From assembly GCA_963837955.1 (NCBI GenBank), contig CAWIPH010000002.1:4384001-4448000 (forward strand): a stretch of DNA of 64,000 nt. The letters are read 5' to 3'. The DNA comes from an uncultured Verrucomicrobiae bacterium. GTDB taxonomy: Bacteria > Verrucomicrobiota > Verrucomicrobiia > Chthoniobacterales > JAFAMB01. Below the pieces are notes generated by a model that made no database searches, was not told where the DNA came from, and saw nothing but the letters and a program-made list of their open reading frames with translations. Of this stretch, positions 46,976-56,661 are shown piece after piece (position 1 is the first letter of the stretch; each line of letters begins with the position of its first letter). The translations under genes were made by a program, and so were the position numbers.

Positions 46976-47202
46976 TCCTCTAGCCCCTTCGGGGCAGAGC
47001 CTCTGCGACAGTGAACAGCGTCTCGGGGCATGGCGGGGAACTCCGACAGCACCGGGAACGCTCGGGAAAAGTAAAAAATGAGAGGTGATTGGTGAGAGGC
47101 GAGGATAAACTATTCGATTCGGCTCGACGGTTGCCTTGTCCTGCTGTTTTGCGTCTCCCGCATTCGGTTTTCTCACCTCTCACTGTTCACCGTTTCACCT
47201 CT

Positions 47203-47442
47203 CCCGGCGTTCCCGGCGCTCCCGGCGCTCCCGGCGTTCCCGGCGTTCCCGGCGTTCCCGGCGTTCCCGGCGTTCCCGGCGTTCCCGGCGTTCTCGGCGT
47301 TCCCGGCGTTCTCGGCGTTCTCGGCGTTCTCGGCGTTCCCGGCGTTCCCGGCGTTCCCGGCGTTCTCGGCGTTCTCGGCGTTCCCGGCGTTCCCGGCGTT
47401 CCCGGCGTTCCCGGCGTTCCCGGCGTTCCCGGCGTTCCCGGC
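47203..47442. repeat. Nonamer tandem array (CCCGGCGTT)n, 26 full units with CCCGGCGCT/CTCGGCGTT variants
   Basis: Direct count from the sequence; ends about 70 bp upstream of gcvP. Confidence 0.95.
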
Positions 47443-47510
47443 TACACCCCTCCCCCGACTTCTCTTCAGCTCCCGGTTGCTGAAGTCGCAAACTCGCTTC
47501 ATGTTTTCCG

Positions 47511-50393
47511 ATGTCGCAGATTGGAACTGAGGGGCTAGAACTGCCACCTTTCACGGAACGTCATGTCGGTCCGAGTCTGGAGGATCTTGAGAACATGCTC
47601 AAGGAACTCGGATTCGAGACCCTTGACTCTTTAGCCGATTCAGCCGTTCCCGAACGCATTCGGTTCCGGGACAGCCTGGGTTTGCCGGAACCTCAAACCG
47701 AGTATGAGGTCCTGCAGACTCTCAAAGGGTTCGGCAGTCAAAACGTCGTAGCCAAATCGTATCTGGGTCTGGGCTATCACCCGACCATAACTCCTCCAGC
47801 GATTCAGCGTAATGTTTTGGAAAACCCGGGTTGGTACACGGCCTACACACCGTATCAGCCGGAGATTGCCCAGGGGCGTTTAGAGGCTTTGCTGAATTTC
47901 CAGACAATGATCACCGATCTAACGGGTCTGGAAATTGCCAACGCTTCCCTGCTCGACGAAGCGACCGCGGCAGCCGAAGCGATGCACCTCTGTCATGCCG
48001 TAGCCGACGGGCCTACGCGTAATCGATTCTTTGTGTCAGCGAGTTGTCATCCTCAAACCATTGCCGTGGTTCAAACCCGGGCCCGGCCCCTCGGAATAGA
48101 GGTTGTGGTCGGGAATCATCAATCGATTGATTGGGGATCAGGATGGTTCGGTGTGCTCGTTCAATATCCCGACACAAACGGCACTCTCCATGATTATCAT
48201 TCTTTGGTTGCGGACGCCCACGCTAATGGAGCCCTTGTTGTAACCGCAGCCGACCTTCTTGGTCTGACCCTGCTCACTCCCCCCGGAGAATTTGGCGCAG
48301 ATGTTTGCGTTGGCTCTTCCCAACGCTTCGGAGTCCCTATCGGATTCGGTGGACCTCATGCCGCCTTCTTCGCTACTCGCGACCAGTTCAAACGCCATTT
48401 ACCAGGTCGCTTGGTCGGAGTTTCCAAAGATTCGGCTGGGAGAGCAGGGTATCGCCTTTCGTTGCAAACCCGAGAACAACATATCCGGCGCGATAAGGCC
48501 ACGAGCAACATCTGCACTGCTCAGGTGCTGCTAGCCGTGATGGCTTCCATGTATGCCGTTTACCATGGTCCCCAGCGCCTTCGCGCGATTGCTACCGAGA
48601 TCCACCGGAAGACCGAGAGACTGGCTTCAATCCTCGTTGATTTGGGTTACCAGGTTCTGGAAGGTCCGCGATTCGATACGATCAAGGTTCATGTCGGATC
48701 GCTCCGCCATCGGATCATCGAAAGAGCTGAAGAAGCCAGAATCAATCTGCGCCAATTCCCAGAGGGCGAATTCGGGATATCACTCGATGAGACTACCTCC
48801 GAGAAGGACCTGGAGAGCCTGGTTCAGTTGTTTAATCTGGATCAGCAAATCGTATCGCCGAATTACTCCAATCATCGAGAGGAAGAGCTGCCGGTCGGAT
48901 TTCGGCGCGAATCCGCTTATCTCCAGCATCCGGTATTTAACCGTTATCACACGGAGACCGAGTTAATGCGTTACCTGAAACGGCTCGAGAACCGAGATCT
49001 GTCGTTGACCACCTCCATGATTCCGCTCGGCTCTTGCACGATGAAGCTGAATGCTGCCGTCGAAATGTTGCCGGTCACCTGGCCGGAGTTTGGCCAGATC
49101 CACCCTTTCGCGCCGCAGAATCAGACAAAAGGTTATCTTCTTCTCATTGCCCAACTGGAAGACTGGCTGGCGAAAATTACGGGATTTGACGCTGTGAGCG
49201 TGATGCCCAACGCCGGATCGCAGGGCGAATATGCCGGTCTTCTCGCGATTCGTGAATATCATGCGCGCCAGGGGTCCCGCGATCGCAACGTCTGTTTAAT
49301 ACCGACTTCGGCCCATGGAACGAACCCGGCATCAGCCGTCATGGCCGGATTTGAAGTCGTGCCTGTGCTCTGTGATGCCGAGGGCAATATCGATCTGGGC
49401 GACCTCCGGGCGAAGGCCCAACGTCATCGCGATCAATTGGGAGCTCTGATGGTTACCTATCCCTCTACCCACGGCGTCTTTGAGGAGGCAATCGTCGAGA
49501 TCTGCGACATCGTGCACGCTAGCGGCGGTCAGGTGTACATGGACGGCGCGAACATGAATGCACAAGTTGGTCTCTGCCGGCCGGCCGATTTCGGAGCTGA
49601 CGTCTGCCATCTTAATCTGCATAAGACCTTCTGCATACCTCACGGAGGAGGCGGACCGGGAATAGGCCCGATCGGTGTAAAATCCCACTTGGCCGACTTT
49701 CTGCCGACTCATCCCTTTGTGGATTTCGGGCGCCCCGAGGGAATCGGCCCAGTCACAGCGGCTCCTTACGGAAGTGCCAGCATCTTGTGCATTTCCTGGG
49801 CTTATATCGCGCTGATGGGATCGGCCGGCCTCACCCACGCAACCAAGGTAGCCATCGCCAATGCCAATTATATCGCCAAGCGATTGGAGCAATTCTACCC
49901 GGTTCTCTATCGCGGAAAGAGCGGACTGGTCGCACACGAATGCATTATCGATCTGCGACAATTTAAGAAAACCGCCGGCATCGAAGTCGAGGACGTTGCC
50001 AAACGACTCATGGACTACGGATTCCACGCTCCTACGATGTCGTGGCCCGTTCCGGGAACCATGATGATTGAGCCGACCGAAAGCGAGTCAAAGGCAGAGT
50101 TGGATCGCTTCTGTGACGCAATGATTTCAATTTACGGAGAGATTCGAGCGATCGAGACCGGCGAAGCCGATCGATTGGACAACGTGCTCAAAAGAGCTCC
50201 ACACACAGCCCAAGATTTGCTGGCGGAAACATGGGACCGAAGCTATTCCAGGGAGTCCGCGGCATTCCCGGCGCCGTGGACCCGCCAGTACAAATATTGG
50301 CCGCCGGTTGGTCGCATCGATAACGTGTATGGAGATCGAAACCTTTTTTGCACTTGTGCTCCGGTTGAAGCGGCCGAGACGGATGATAAATGA
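47511..50393 (+). CDS. gcvP: Glycine dehydrogenase (decarboxylating), single-chain P protein
   Basis: [62 protein letters not shown]. Confidence 0.98.
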   Translation: MSQIGTEGLELPPFTERHVGPSLEDLENMLKELGFETLDSLADSAVPERIRFRDSLGLPEPQTEYEVLQTLKGFGSQNVVAKSYLGLGYHPTITPPAIQRNVLENPGWYTAYTPYQPEIAQGRLEALLNFQTMITDLTGLEIANASLLDEATAAAEAMHLCHAVADGPTRNRFFVSASCHPQTIAVVQTRARPLGIEVVVGNHQSIDWGSGWFGVLVQYPDTNGTLHDYHSLVADAHANGALVVTAADLLGLTLLTPPGEFGADVCVGSSQRFGVPIGFGGPHAAFFATRDQFKRHLPGRLVGVSKDSAGRAGYRLSLQTREQHIRRDKATSNICTAQVLLAVMASMYAVYHGPQRLRAIATEIHRKTERLASILVDLGYQVLEGPRFDTIKVHVGSLRHRIIERAEEARINLRQFPEGEFGISLDETTSEKDLESLVQLFNLDQQIVSPNYSNHREEELPVGFRRESAYLQHPVFNRYHTETELMRYLKRLENRDLSLTTSMIPLGSCTMKLNAAVEMLPVTWPEFGQIHPFAPQNQTKGYLLLIAQLEDWLAKITGFDAVSVMPNAGSQGEYAGLLAIREYHARQGSRDRNVCLIPTSAHGTNPASAVMAGFEVVPVLCDAEGNIDLGDLRAKAQRHRDQLGALMVTYPSTHGVFEEAIVEICDIVHASGGQVYMDGANMNAQVGLCRPADFGADVCHLNLHKTFCIPHGGGGPGIGPIGVKSHLADFLPTHPFVDFGRPEGIGPVTAAPYGSASILCISWAYIALMGSAGLTHATKVAIANANYIAKRLEQFYPVLYRGKSGLVAHECIIDLRQFKKTAGIEVEDVAKRLMDYGFHAPTMSWPVPGTMMIEPTESESKAELDRFCDAMISIYGEIRAIETGEADRLDNVLKRAPHTAQDLLAETWDRSYSRESAAFPAPWTRQYKYWPPVGRIDNVYGDRNLFCTCAPVEAAETDDK

Positions 50394-50420
50394 CAAGCAC
50401 TCGGACCTGTCCGACGACTT

Positions 50421-50648
50421 GTCCGACGAAGCCTCCTCCACTGTTCGAACCATGACTGACGGTTGGCGAAGTCGGACGTGTCCGACGAAGCCCGCCCCCT
50501 CAAAGCCAATATGCTAAGAAGCCCGGCGAAGTCGGAAGCCTCGTCCTCTGATCCAATCATGGTTCACCGAATTAGCGAAGTCGGACGTGTCCGACGAAGC
50601 CCGTCCCCTCAAAGCCAATATGCTAACAAGTTTGGCGAAGTCGGACGT
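50421..50648. repeat. Regularly interspaced hairpin array: GGCGAAGTCGGACGTGTCCGACGAAGCC with 31-33-nt spacers
   Basis: Four spacers; spacers 2 and 4 nearly identical; related array at 55028-55188; no cas genes. Confidence 0.8.
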
Positions 50649-50746
50649 TCCATCCGGCTCTTTCAACAGATCCGTCAGTTCTTTATTTGTTATCCGCTAC
50701 CTGCTATTTGTCGTTCGCTTCGACCGTTTCCCGTTCCATCTCCCTG

Positions 50747-51868
50747 ATGATCAAGATTATTGATCGATATGTCTGTGGCCAGGTGCTTAGCACCGTTATC
50801 TGGTCAGTGGCCATGCTGAGCCTCATGTTGGTGGTCGGTAACGCGTTGCGTGAGCTGCTTAATTTGCTGATCAGCCATCAACTGCCTTTCAGTTACATCC
50901 TCAGCTTTATTGGCTATCTGCTGCCATTTTCGATGGTCTATTCGATTCCGTGGGGGATTCTGGTCTCGGTCCTGCTCGTATTCGGGAAACTTTCGTCCGA
51001 CAACGAATTGGTCGCGCTTAGGGCGAATGGCATCGGCATCCTTCGAATCTGCTTCTCAGTCTTCCTCATTAGCGCCACCCTGTTCGGCATCTGCCTATGG
51101 ATTAATCTCTATCTTGCGCCCGTCTCCGAAGTGCAAGCTAGAGCCGCGATCGTCAACTTGGCTTCCGAAAATCCGCTCGCCCTTTTTGGAAGTGACGAAG
51201 TGATTGACCAATTTCCTAATCGAAAAATTTATGTTGGCCGCAAGAACGGTTCTTCCCTGGAAGACCTCCACATCTACGAGATGAATGCGTATCAAGTACC
51301 GGTCCGAGTGATCTACGCTCGAAAGGGTACGCTGGAAGTGGATAAAGAAAATGAACGCATTCTTTTGCATATTTACGATGCGCACTATGAGGAAAGAGAC
51401 GAAGCCGATGTAAACGACCTTAGGCTGATGCGTTACGGCATTAGTCTCAGGGAAGGCGTTCTTCCGATTTCGTTACAAGAACTAATCGAAAAGGCCAAAA
51501 ATAATCGCCGGCCAAATGAACTCACATTGGGGCAACTCCGCGACACGCTGGATCAACAAAAAGGCAAGGAAAAGGTCCGGCAGCGAACGATCTTGCGAAC
51601 CGAGTTGAGCAAGCGGTTCTCGAACGCGCTGGTTGTCGTCACGTTTGTTCTGATCGGTATTCCGCTCGCCATCACCGCCCAGCGTCGCGAAACTTCGATC
51701 GGGATCGGCATGAGCATCTGCATTGCTTTTACTTACTTTATTTTCGTGGTGCTGGCCGACACGGTAAAAGGTAAATCCAGCCTTCATCCCGAAATACTCA
51801 TTTGGTTGCCAAACTTCATCTACCTCACGCTGGGATCCGTTTTGTTTTACCGGCTAGCCCGGCGATAG
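50747..51868 (+). CDS. LPS export ABC permease LptF/LptG family
   Basis: IIDRYV, LLVFGKLSSDNELVALRANGI, LIGIPLAI..QRRE, IWLPN. Confidence 0.9.
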   Translation: MIKIIDRYVCGQVLSTVIWSVAMLSLMLVVGNALRELLNLLISHQLPFSYILSFIGYLLPFSMVYSIPWGILVSVLLVFGKLSSDNELVALRANGIGILRICFSVFLISATLFGICLWINLYLAPVSEVQARAAIVNLASENPLALFGSDEVIDQFPNRKIYVGRKNGSSLEDLHIYEMNAYQVPVRVIYARKGTLEVDKENERILLHIYDAHYEERDEADVNDLRLMRYGISLREGVLPISLQELIEKAKNNRRPNELTLGQLRDTLDQQKGKEKVRQRTILRTELSKRFSNALVVVTFVLIGIPLAITAQRRETSIGIGMSICIAFTYFIFVVLADTVKGKSSLHPEILIWLPNFIYLTLGSVLFYRLARR

Positions 51869-51982
51869 ATGAAATAACCCCGCGGCGACACATTGAAAGT
51901 AGCCGGAACACCCGTCCCGCTCCTAAATCCTAGATCCTAGATCCTAGATACTGAACCCAAGCTCCTCTCTCCCATCACCGAC

Positions 51983-52046
51983 CTGCTATCTGCTACCTGC
52001 TATCTGCTATCTGCTATCTGCTATCTGCTATCTGCTATCTGCTATT
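51983..52046. repeat. (TGCTATC)n heptamer array overlapping the aguA stop codon
   Basis: About 9 tandem units; the C-terminal IADSR* of aguA is read from the repeat. Confidence 0.9.
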
Positions 52047-53107
52047 CCGCCCGCCTCCCCCAGCACCGGTTGCTGTTGCGTGAGGCAATGAAAGGCTCCG
52101 AGACCCCAGACGAGATCGCGACAATCAATCGGAACAATTTTACGACCAGGAAAACATTTCTTTAATATCGTTATCGCTTTGCGATCCGCCGGTGCCCCAA
52201 AAACCGGGAGAAGCACCACTTTGTTCGCGATATAAAAATTGGCATAACTGGCCGGTAACCGCCTCCCTTCTCGTTCGATCCGTGGCGGCATCGGCAGCGT
52301 CACTATTTCCAACGGAGAACCATCGGAGAGAGTGACCTTCTGAAGCTCCTCCAGGTTTTTCTGGAGCGGTTCGTAGTTCGGATCTTTCTGATCCTTTTCC
52401 AGCGCAGTCACGACCACGTTGGGCGCGACGAAGCGAGTGATATCGTCAATGTGGCCATCTGTATCATCCCCTTCGATTCCATCGCCCAGCCAGATAATTT
52501 GAGTAACACCAAGGTAATCGCGGAGCGCCTGTTCGATCTGCGCCTGCGAATGCTTGGCGTTTCGATTGGGATTAAGGAGACAAGAAGTCGTGGTGAGAAG
52601 TGCGCCTGCTCCGTTCACATCGATCGACCCGCCTTCCAGGATCAGTTTGGGGTAGTACACGGGCAGCTTGAGCTGTTCCGCGATTCTTGTCGGCACGACC
52701 TCGTCCAGATCATACGGCGGATATTTTCCTCCCCAGGCGTTGTAATCCCAATCGACGATCGCTAGCCGAGGCTCTTCCTGACGCACAATAAAGATGGGTC
52801 CGTGATCCCGACACCAAGGCTCGTTTGTCGGAATCTGAAAAAATTCAACATGCGAAACATCGATATCTTTGAGGGCAAATCGAATACCGTGATCGTGGTC
52901 GTGATCCCACACATTGATCCGCACTTTCTCCGAGCCACGGAGCGCATCGACCATTTGGACGAATACCGGCATCACCTCGTCATAGGCGTCCGGAAAACTG
53001 ATTCCTTCGCGACGTGGCCACGAGAGCCAGGTCGCTTCGTGTGGCTCCCACTCCGCAGGCATCCGATAGCCGAGTGAAGCGGGCGAATTTGCTGTGAAAT
53101 TACTCAT
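52028..53107 (-). CDS. aguA: Agmatine deiminase
   Basis: MPAEWEPHEATWLSWP, WCRDHGP, LEGGSIDVNG, DTDGHIDD, PASYANF, GAFHCLTQQQP. Confidence 0.93.
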   Translation of the reverse strand: MSNFTANSPASLGYRMPAEWEPHEATWLSWPRREGISFPDAYDEVMPVFVQMVDALRGSEKVRINVWDHDHDHGIRFALKDIDVSHVEFFQIPTNEPWCRDHGPIFIVRQEEPRLAIVDWDYNAWGGKYPPYDLDEVVPTRIAEQLKLPVYYPKLILEGGSIDVNGAGALLTTTSCLLNPNRNAKHSQAQIEQALRDYLGVTQIIWLGDGIEGDDTDGHIDDITRFVAPNVVVTALEKDQKDPNYEPLQKNLEELQKVTLSDGSPLEIVTLPMPPRIEREGRRLPASYANFYIANKVVLLPVFGAPADRKAITILKKCFPGRKIVPIDCRDLVWGLGAFHCLTQQQPVLGEAGGIADSR

Positions 53108-53144
53108 TCCCTGAAAAACCGTCGAGACGTTCCGGCCCCAAATC

Positions 53145-54017
53145 TTAATCGATGAAACGCTTAGTCAACTCCGCGTAGGCGTCGACCCGCCGATCACGAA
53201 GAAATGGCCAGTGTGTGCGCTGCACATCGATTAATGACAGATCAAGGTCCGCTAAAAGAACCTCTTCCTCTGCCAGGCTTCCCTTAGCAATGAGCTTCCC
53301 CGCAGGATCAGACACAAAGCTCTGACCCCAAAATTCAAGTCCGTCACCGCCATCCGGAGCTTCATGCCCTACCCGATTCGGCACCGCCACGTAACAACCA
53401 TTGGCGATGGCGTGACCTCTTTGCACGGTCTCCCAAGAGAGATGCTGACGTTCACCGTATTGCTTCTTTTCTGAAGGATGCCAACCAATCGCTGTCGGAT
53501 AGAAAAGGATTTCGGCACCGCGCAGGGCCGTAAGCCTGGCTGCTTCCGGATACCATTGGTCCCAACAGACTAAGACGCCGATCTTCCCGTACTTGGTATT
53601 CCAGGAGTGGAAACCGAGATCGCCGGGTGTGAAATAAAACTTTTCGTAAAAAAGCGGATCATCCGGAATATGCATTTTCCGGTACTTACCCAGAAGCTTT
53701 CCGTCAGCATCGATGATCGCTGCCGTGTTATGATAGAGACCCGCGGCGCGTTTTTCGAATAGCGATGCGATGATGACTAAATCCAGTTCAGCCGCCAGCC
53801 GTCCCAACAGTTCTGTGGTCGGTCCCGGAATCTCTTCGGCAAATTGAAAATATTTGTGATCTTCGACCTGGCAAAAATAAACCGTCTGAAACAATTCCTG
53901 TAAACAGACTATTTTGGCGCCCTGCGCGGCCGCCTCCCGGATCAACCTAATGGCTTTTTCCAGATTCTCCGGCGGATTCGGCGAACAACCCATCTGAATG
54001 AGCCCAATCCTCAACAT
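53145..54017 (-). CDS. aguB: N-carbamoylputrescine amidase (carbon-nitrogen hydrolase)
   Basis: CLQELF, YRKMHIPDDP.FYEKFYFTPGDLG, VCWDQWYPEAAR; adjacent to aguA; AAGGAAGG RBS. Confidence 0.88.
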   Translation of the reverse strand: MLRIGLIQMGCSPNPPENLEKAIRLIREAAAQGAKIVCLQELFQTVYFCQVEDHKYFQFAEEIPGPTTELLGRLAAELDLVIIASLFEKRAAGLYHNTAAIIDADGKLLGKYRKMHIPDDPLFYEKFYFTPGDLGFHSWNTKYGKIGVLVCWDQWYPEAARLTALRGAEILFYPTAIGWHPSEKKQYGERQHLSWETVQRGHAIANGCYVAVPNRVGHEAPDGGDGLEFWGQSFVSDPAGKLIAKGSLAEEEVLLADLDLSLIDVQRTHWPFLRDRRVDAYAELTKRFID

Positions 54018-54145
54018 GTCCTTCCTTAGGTTGGAACTATTCCCATCGCAAAGAAAATTGTTTGGCGCAGAAAGACACGAAGGAGAACGACTTCTAAATT
54101 CCAAATTCTAGATTCCGGATTTCTAAGGTTCAGCTCCTAGCTCCC

Positions 54146-54320
54146 GATCACCAATCACCGATCACCGATCACCAATCACCAATCACCGTTCCCGGCGTTC
54201 CCGGCGTTCTCCGACTTCGCTGCGTCGTTTGAAACTCCGGTAGGCTTCGTCGGACAGGCCGGCGTTCTCCAACTTCGCTCCGTCGTTTGAAACTCCGGCA
54301 GGCTTCGTCGGACAAGCCGG
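54146..54320. repeat. (ATCACCR)n heptamers, nonamers and two reverse-oriented CCGACTTCGC..GGCTTCGTCGGACA hairpin units
   Basis: Direct inspection; same hairpin family as 50421-50648. Confidence 0.75.
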
Positions 54321-54367
54321 TTGTCGGCGTTGTCGACCGCCCGACTCCAGTTTAACCTCTTTGAGCC

Positions 54368-54919
54368 ATGCTCAACGAAATCCGGACTATCATTCACACC
54401 GTCAAAGGCGATTTGGAAGCGACGTTGGTCCCCGCGGATGCACCAATTGCAGCCGCCAATTTCCTCAATCTCGCCCACCGCAAATTTTATGATGGACTCA
54501 TCTTTCATCGGGTTGTGCCCCAATTCGTGATTCAAGGAGGAGATCCAGCTGGAACGGGCCGAGGCGATCCCGGGTACCGATTTGAGAATGAGCCTCGCAA
54601 GTCGTTGTCGCACGAAACCGTCGGTGTTCTGGCCATGGCCAATGCCGGACCCGGCACTAACGGATCGCAGTTCTATATCACCCTTGCTCCGCTCAACCCG
54701 GCGCACATAAAAATGCTGGACGACGGCTACACAATCTTTGGCCGGCTTACCAACGGCATAAAAGTCGCCAACCAAATCGCTCAAGGTGATAAGATCTCTT
54801 CGGTTGAGATCCTTGATCCGGTGGAACCGCTTTTCCAGGCCGAGAAAGACCGAATTCAGGGCTGGAACAAAATACTCGATCGCAAATTCGGATCCCGCCT
54901 CTCCCCTGCCACCACGTAG
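54368..54919 (+). CDS. Peptidyl-prolyl cis-trans isomerase, cyclophilin type
   Basis: FYDGLIFHRVVPQFVIQGGDP.GTG.G.PGY.F, LAMANAGPGTNGSQFYIT, YTIFG. Confidence 0.95.
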   Translation: MLNEIRTIIHTVKGDLEATLVPADAPIAAANFLNLAHRKFYDGLIFHRVVPQFVIQGGDPAGTGRGDPGYRFENEPRKSLSHETVGVLAMANAGPGTNGSQFYITLAPLNPAHIKMLDDGYTIFGRLTNGIKVANQIAQGDKISSVEILDPVEPLFQAEKDRIQGWNKILDRKFGSRLSPATT

Positions 54920-54930
54920 CTGATCGAAAC

Positions 54931-55300
54931 GAATAGCATTAGCAGATAGCAGATAGCAGATAGCAAATAGCAGATGGCCAAAGGCAGATGACGAATGACA
55001 GATGACAAATTGTATTCACGCCGACTTGTCCGACGAAGCCTCCTCCGATGTTCGAACGTGACTTACGGTTGGCGAAGTCGGAAGGCCTCCGAGAATCGAA
55101 CCATGGCTAATGATTGGCGATGTCGGACTTATGCGCCGTAGCCCGTGCCCTCAAAACCGATATGCTAACAAGGTTGGCGGCGGAAGGCGTAAGAGAACTT
55201 CGCCAGCCGATCTGACGGAATAACAATACAAATCACGGTTGGTGGCCTGCCACTGGTCTTCATTTGCCATCTGCTATTTGCTATCTGCTATCTGCTATTC
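54931..55300. repeat. Hairpin array bracketed by inverted (TAGCAGA)n/(TCTGCTA)n heptamer arms
   Basis: TAGCAGATAGCAGATAGCAAATAGCAGATGGC (about 54947-54978) is the reverse complement of about 55266-55297. Confidence 0.8.
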
Positions 55301-55307
55301 GCCAGCG

Positions 55308-56288
55308 ATGAGCCTTCGCACGGAAGACTACAACTACGATCTCCCTAAAGAACTGATCGCGCTTCGGCCGCCTCCTGTTCGCGGTGATTCAAGGTTGATG
55401 CTGCTCGACCGAGGCCGTGGGAGCATCACGCATCATGCTTTCCGCGAACTCATCCATCTGGTCACGCCACAAGAGTTGCTTGTTTTGAACAATACCCGAG
55501 TGATCCCGGCCCGTATCCGGTTCCAAAATCGCAACGCAGAAATTTTTCTGCTTCGACAGATCGACAATCGAACCTGGCGTTGTCTGGTTCGACCGGGACC
55601 TTGGTTCACCGTGGGTCGCGAATTTGTCGAACCGGGATTCCGTGGCGAGGTCACCTCTATTTTCGAAAATGGCGAACGGCAAATTCAGTTCAATGAACCT
55701 TTGAATCTGGAACAAGCCGGTGAAATTCCGCTCCCGCCCTACATTGAGCGTAAACCGGAAGCCGCGGACAGTGAACGGTATCAAACTGTTTTTGCTGCTA
55801 CTCCTGGAGCGGTTGCGGCGCCAACCGCAGGTCTCCATTTTTCAGACGAACTGCTTCAGCGGCTCCCCCACGAGTTCATCACTCTGCATGTTGGGGTCGG
55901 CACCTTTAAGCCGGTGAAAACAAGTCTGATCACGGAGCACGAAATGCAGGCTGAATCTTTCGAAATAAAGCCGGCTGCCGCTCGCCAGATCAACGAAGCG
56001 CCCAAAATATTAGCGGTCGGCACCACCACCGTTCGAACGTTGGAGGCGTTGATGCGGAGGCATAGCCAAATCGTTCCCGGCCCAGGTCAGACCGATATTT
56101 TTATCTATCCGCCGTTCGAGTTTCGGCGAGTGAACAGTCTGCTGACCAACTTTCATCTGCCAAAATCAACCTTGTTGATGTTAGTGTCAGCGTTCGCCGG
56201 TCGCGAATTCATCCTCGAAGCTTACAAGCAAGCCATTGCTGAACGATACCGATTTTTCAGTTACGGCGATTGTATGCTGATTCGGTAG
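55308..56288 (+). CDS. queA: S-adenosylmethionine:tRNA ribosyltransferase-isomerase
   Basis: YDLPKELIA, LNNTRVIPAR, PLPPYI, GAVAAPTAGLHF, TLHVGVGTF, TNFHLPKSTL, YRFFSYGDCM. Confidence 0.96.
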   Translation: MSLRTEDYNYDLPKELIALRPPPVRGDSRLMLLDRGRGSITHHAFRELIHLVTPQELLVLNNTRVIPARIRFQNRNAEIFLLRQIDNRTWRCLVRPGPWFTVGREFVEPGFRGEVTSIFENGERQIQFNEPLNLEQAGEIPLPPYIERKPEAADSERYQTVFAATPGAVAAPTAGLHFSDELLQRLPHEFITLHVGVGTFKPVKTSLITEHEMQAESFEIKPAAARQINEAPKILAVGTTTVRTLEALMRRHSQIVPGPGQTDIFIYPPFEFRRVNSLLTNFHLPKSTLLMLVSAFAGREFILEAYKQAIAERYRFFSYGDCMLIR

Positions 56289-56327
56289 GTCACAAGCCAG
56301 GAGCCAGGATTTAGGGGGGCGTGTCCC

Positions 56328-56661
56328 CATAAGCGCTAACTTAGGGCGTTTAGGAGTGTAAGCTGAGGACTTGTCCCGGAGGGACTCAGTGAAAGTAGCC
56401 CAGTACGAAGTGCTGGGAAATGATTCAAAAAGACACGTCCGTCCCGTCAAGGGACGATCGAAACGTTCGGCTTTTGACGGTCTCGCACCCCGCTCAGCGA
56501 TTGCCGGTATTGGTCGATCGTCCCGTCCGGGACGGATAGCTCTTTAAGAACGCTAACCCAGCACTTCGTACTGGGCTACTTTCGTGAGGTCCCTACGGGA
56601 CTTGACTTTCTCTAACCGCTAACAGCGATCCTGATCGCGACCTCTTTAGTTAGCGCTTATG
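56328..56661. mobile_element. IS4-family (IS231/IS186-type ends) MITE of 334 bp with 11-bp TSD, carrying a REP doublet
   Basis: TIR CATAAGCGCTAACT / AGTTAGCGCTTATG; GGGCGTGTCCC duplicated at 56317-56327 and 56662-56672. Confidence 0.82.

Larger units (their letters stand above)
45052..47028. repeat. Perfect 21-bp inverted repeat enclosing the whole RAYT/MITE island
   Basis: CCCCGAGACGCTGTTCACTGT (45052-45072) / ACAGTGAACAGCGTCTCGGGG (47008-47028); no target duplication seen. Confidence 0.75.

Noticed and set aside
45181..47183. ORFs of 60-140 aa within the MITE copies
   Set aside because: Frames and lengths differ between the two copies and no transposase motifs are visible
44927..47510. 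Glycine riboswitch upstream of gcvT or gcvP
   Set aside because: No GGAGA..CCGAAG..CTCTCAGG aptamer pattern seen; the region is repeats
47089..47554. Collagen-like (GVP)n, (RRS)n, (GNA)n and (RRE)n ORFs
   Set aside because: A stop-free 9-mer tandem array gives ORFs in many frames; no RBS or domain context, and the same repeat occurs in other intergenic regions
50421..50648. CRISPR array call
   Set aside because: Spacers are mutually homologous and recur at 55.0-55.2 kb, the repeat is dispersed in both orientations, and no cas genes or leader are present
54176..54784. 202-aa minus-strand ORF
   Set aside because: Antisense shadow of the cyclophilin gene extended through repeats
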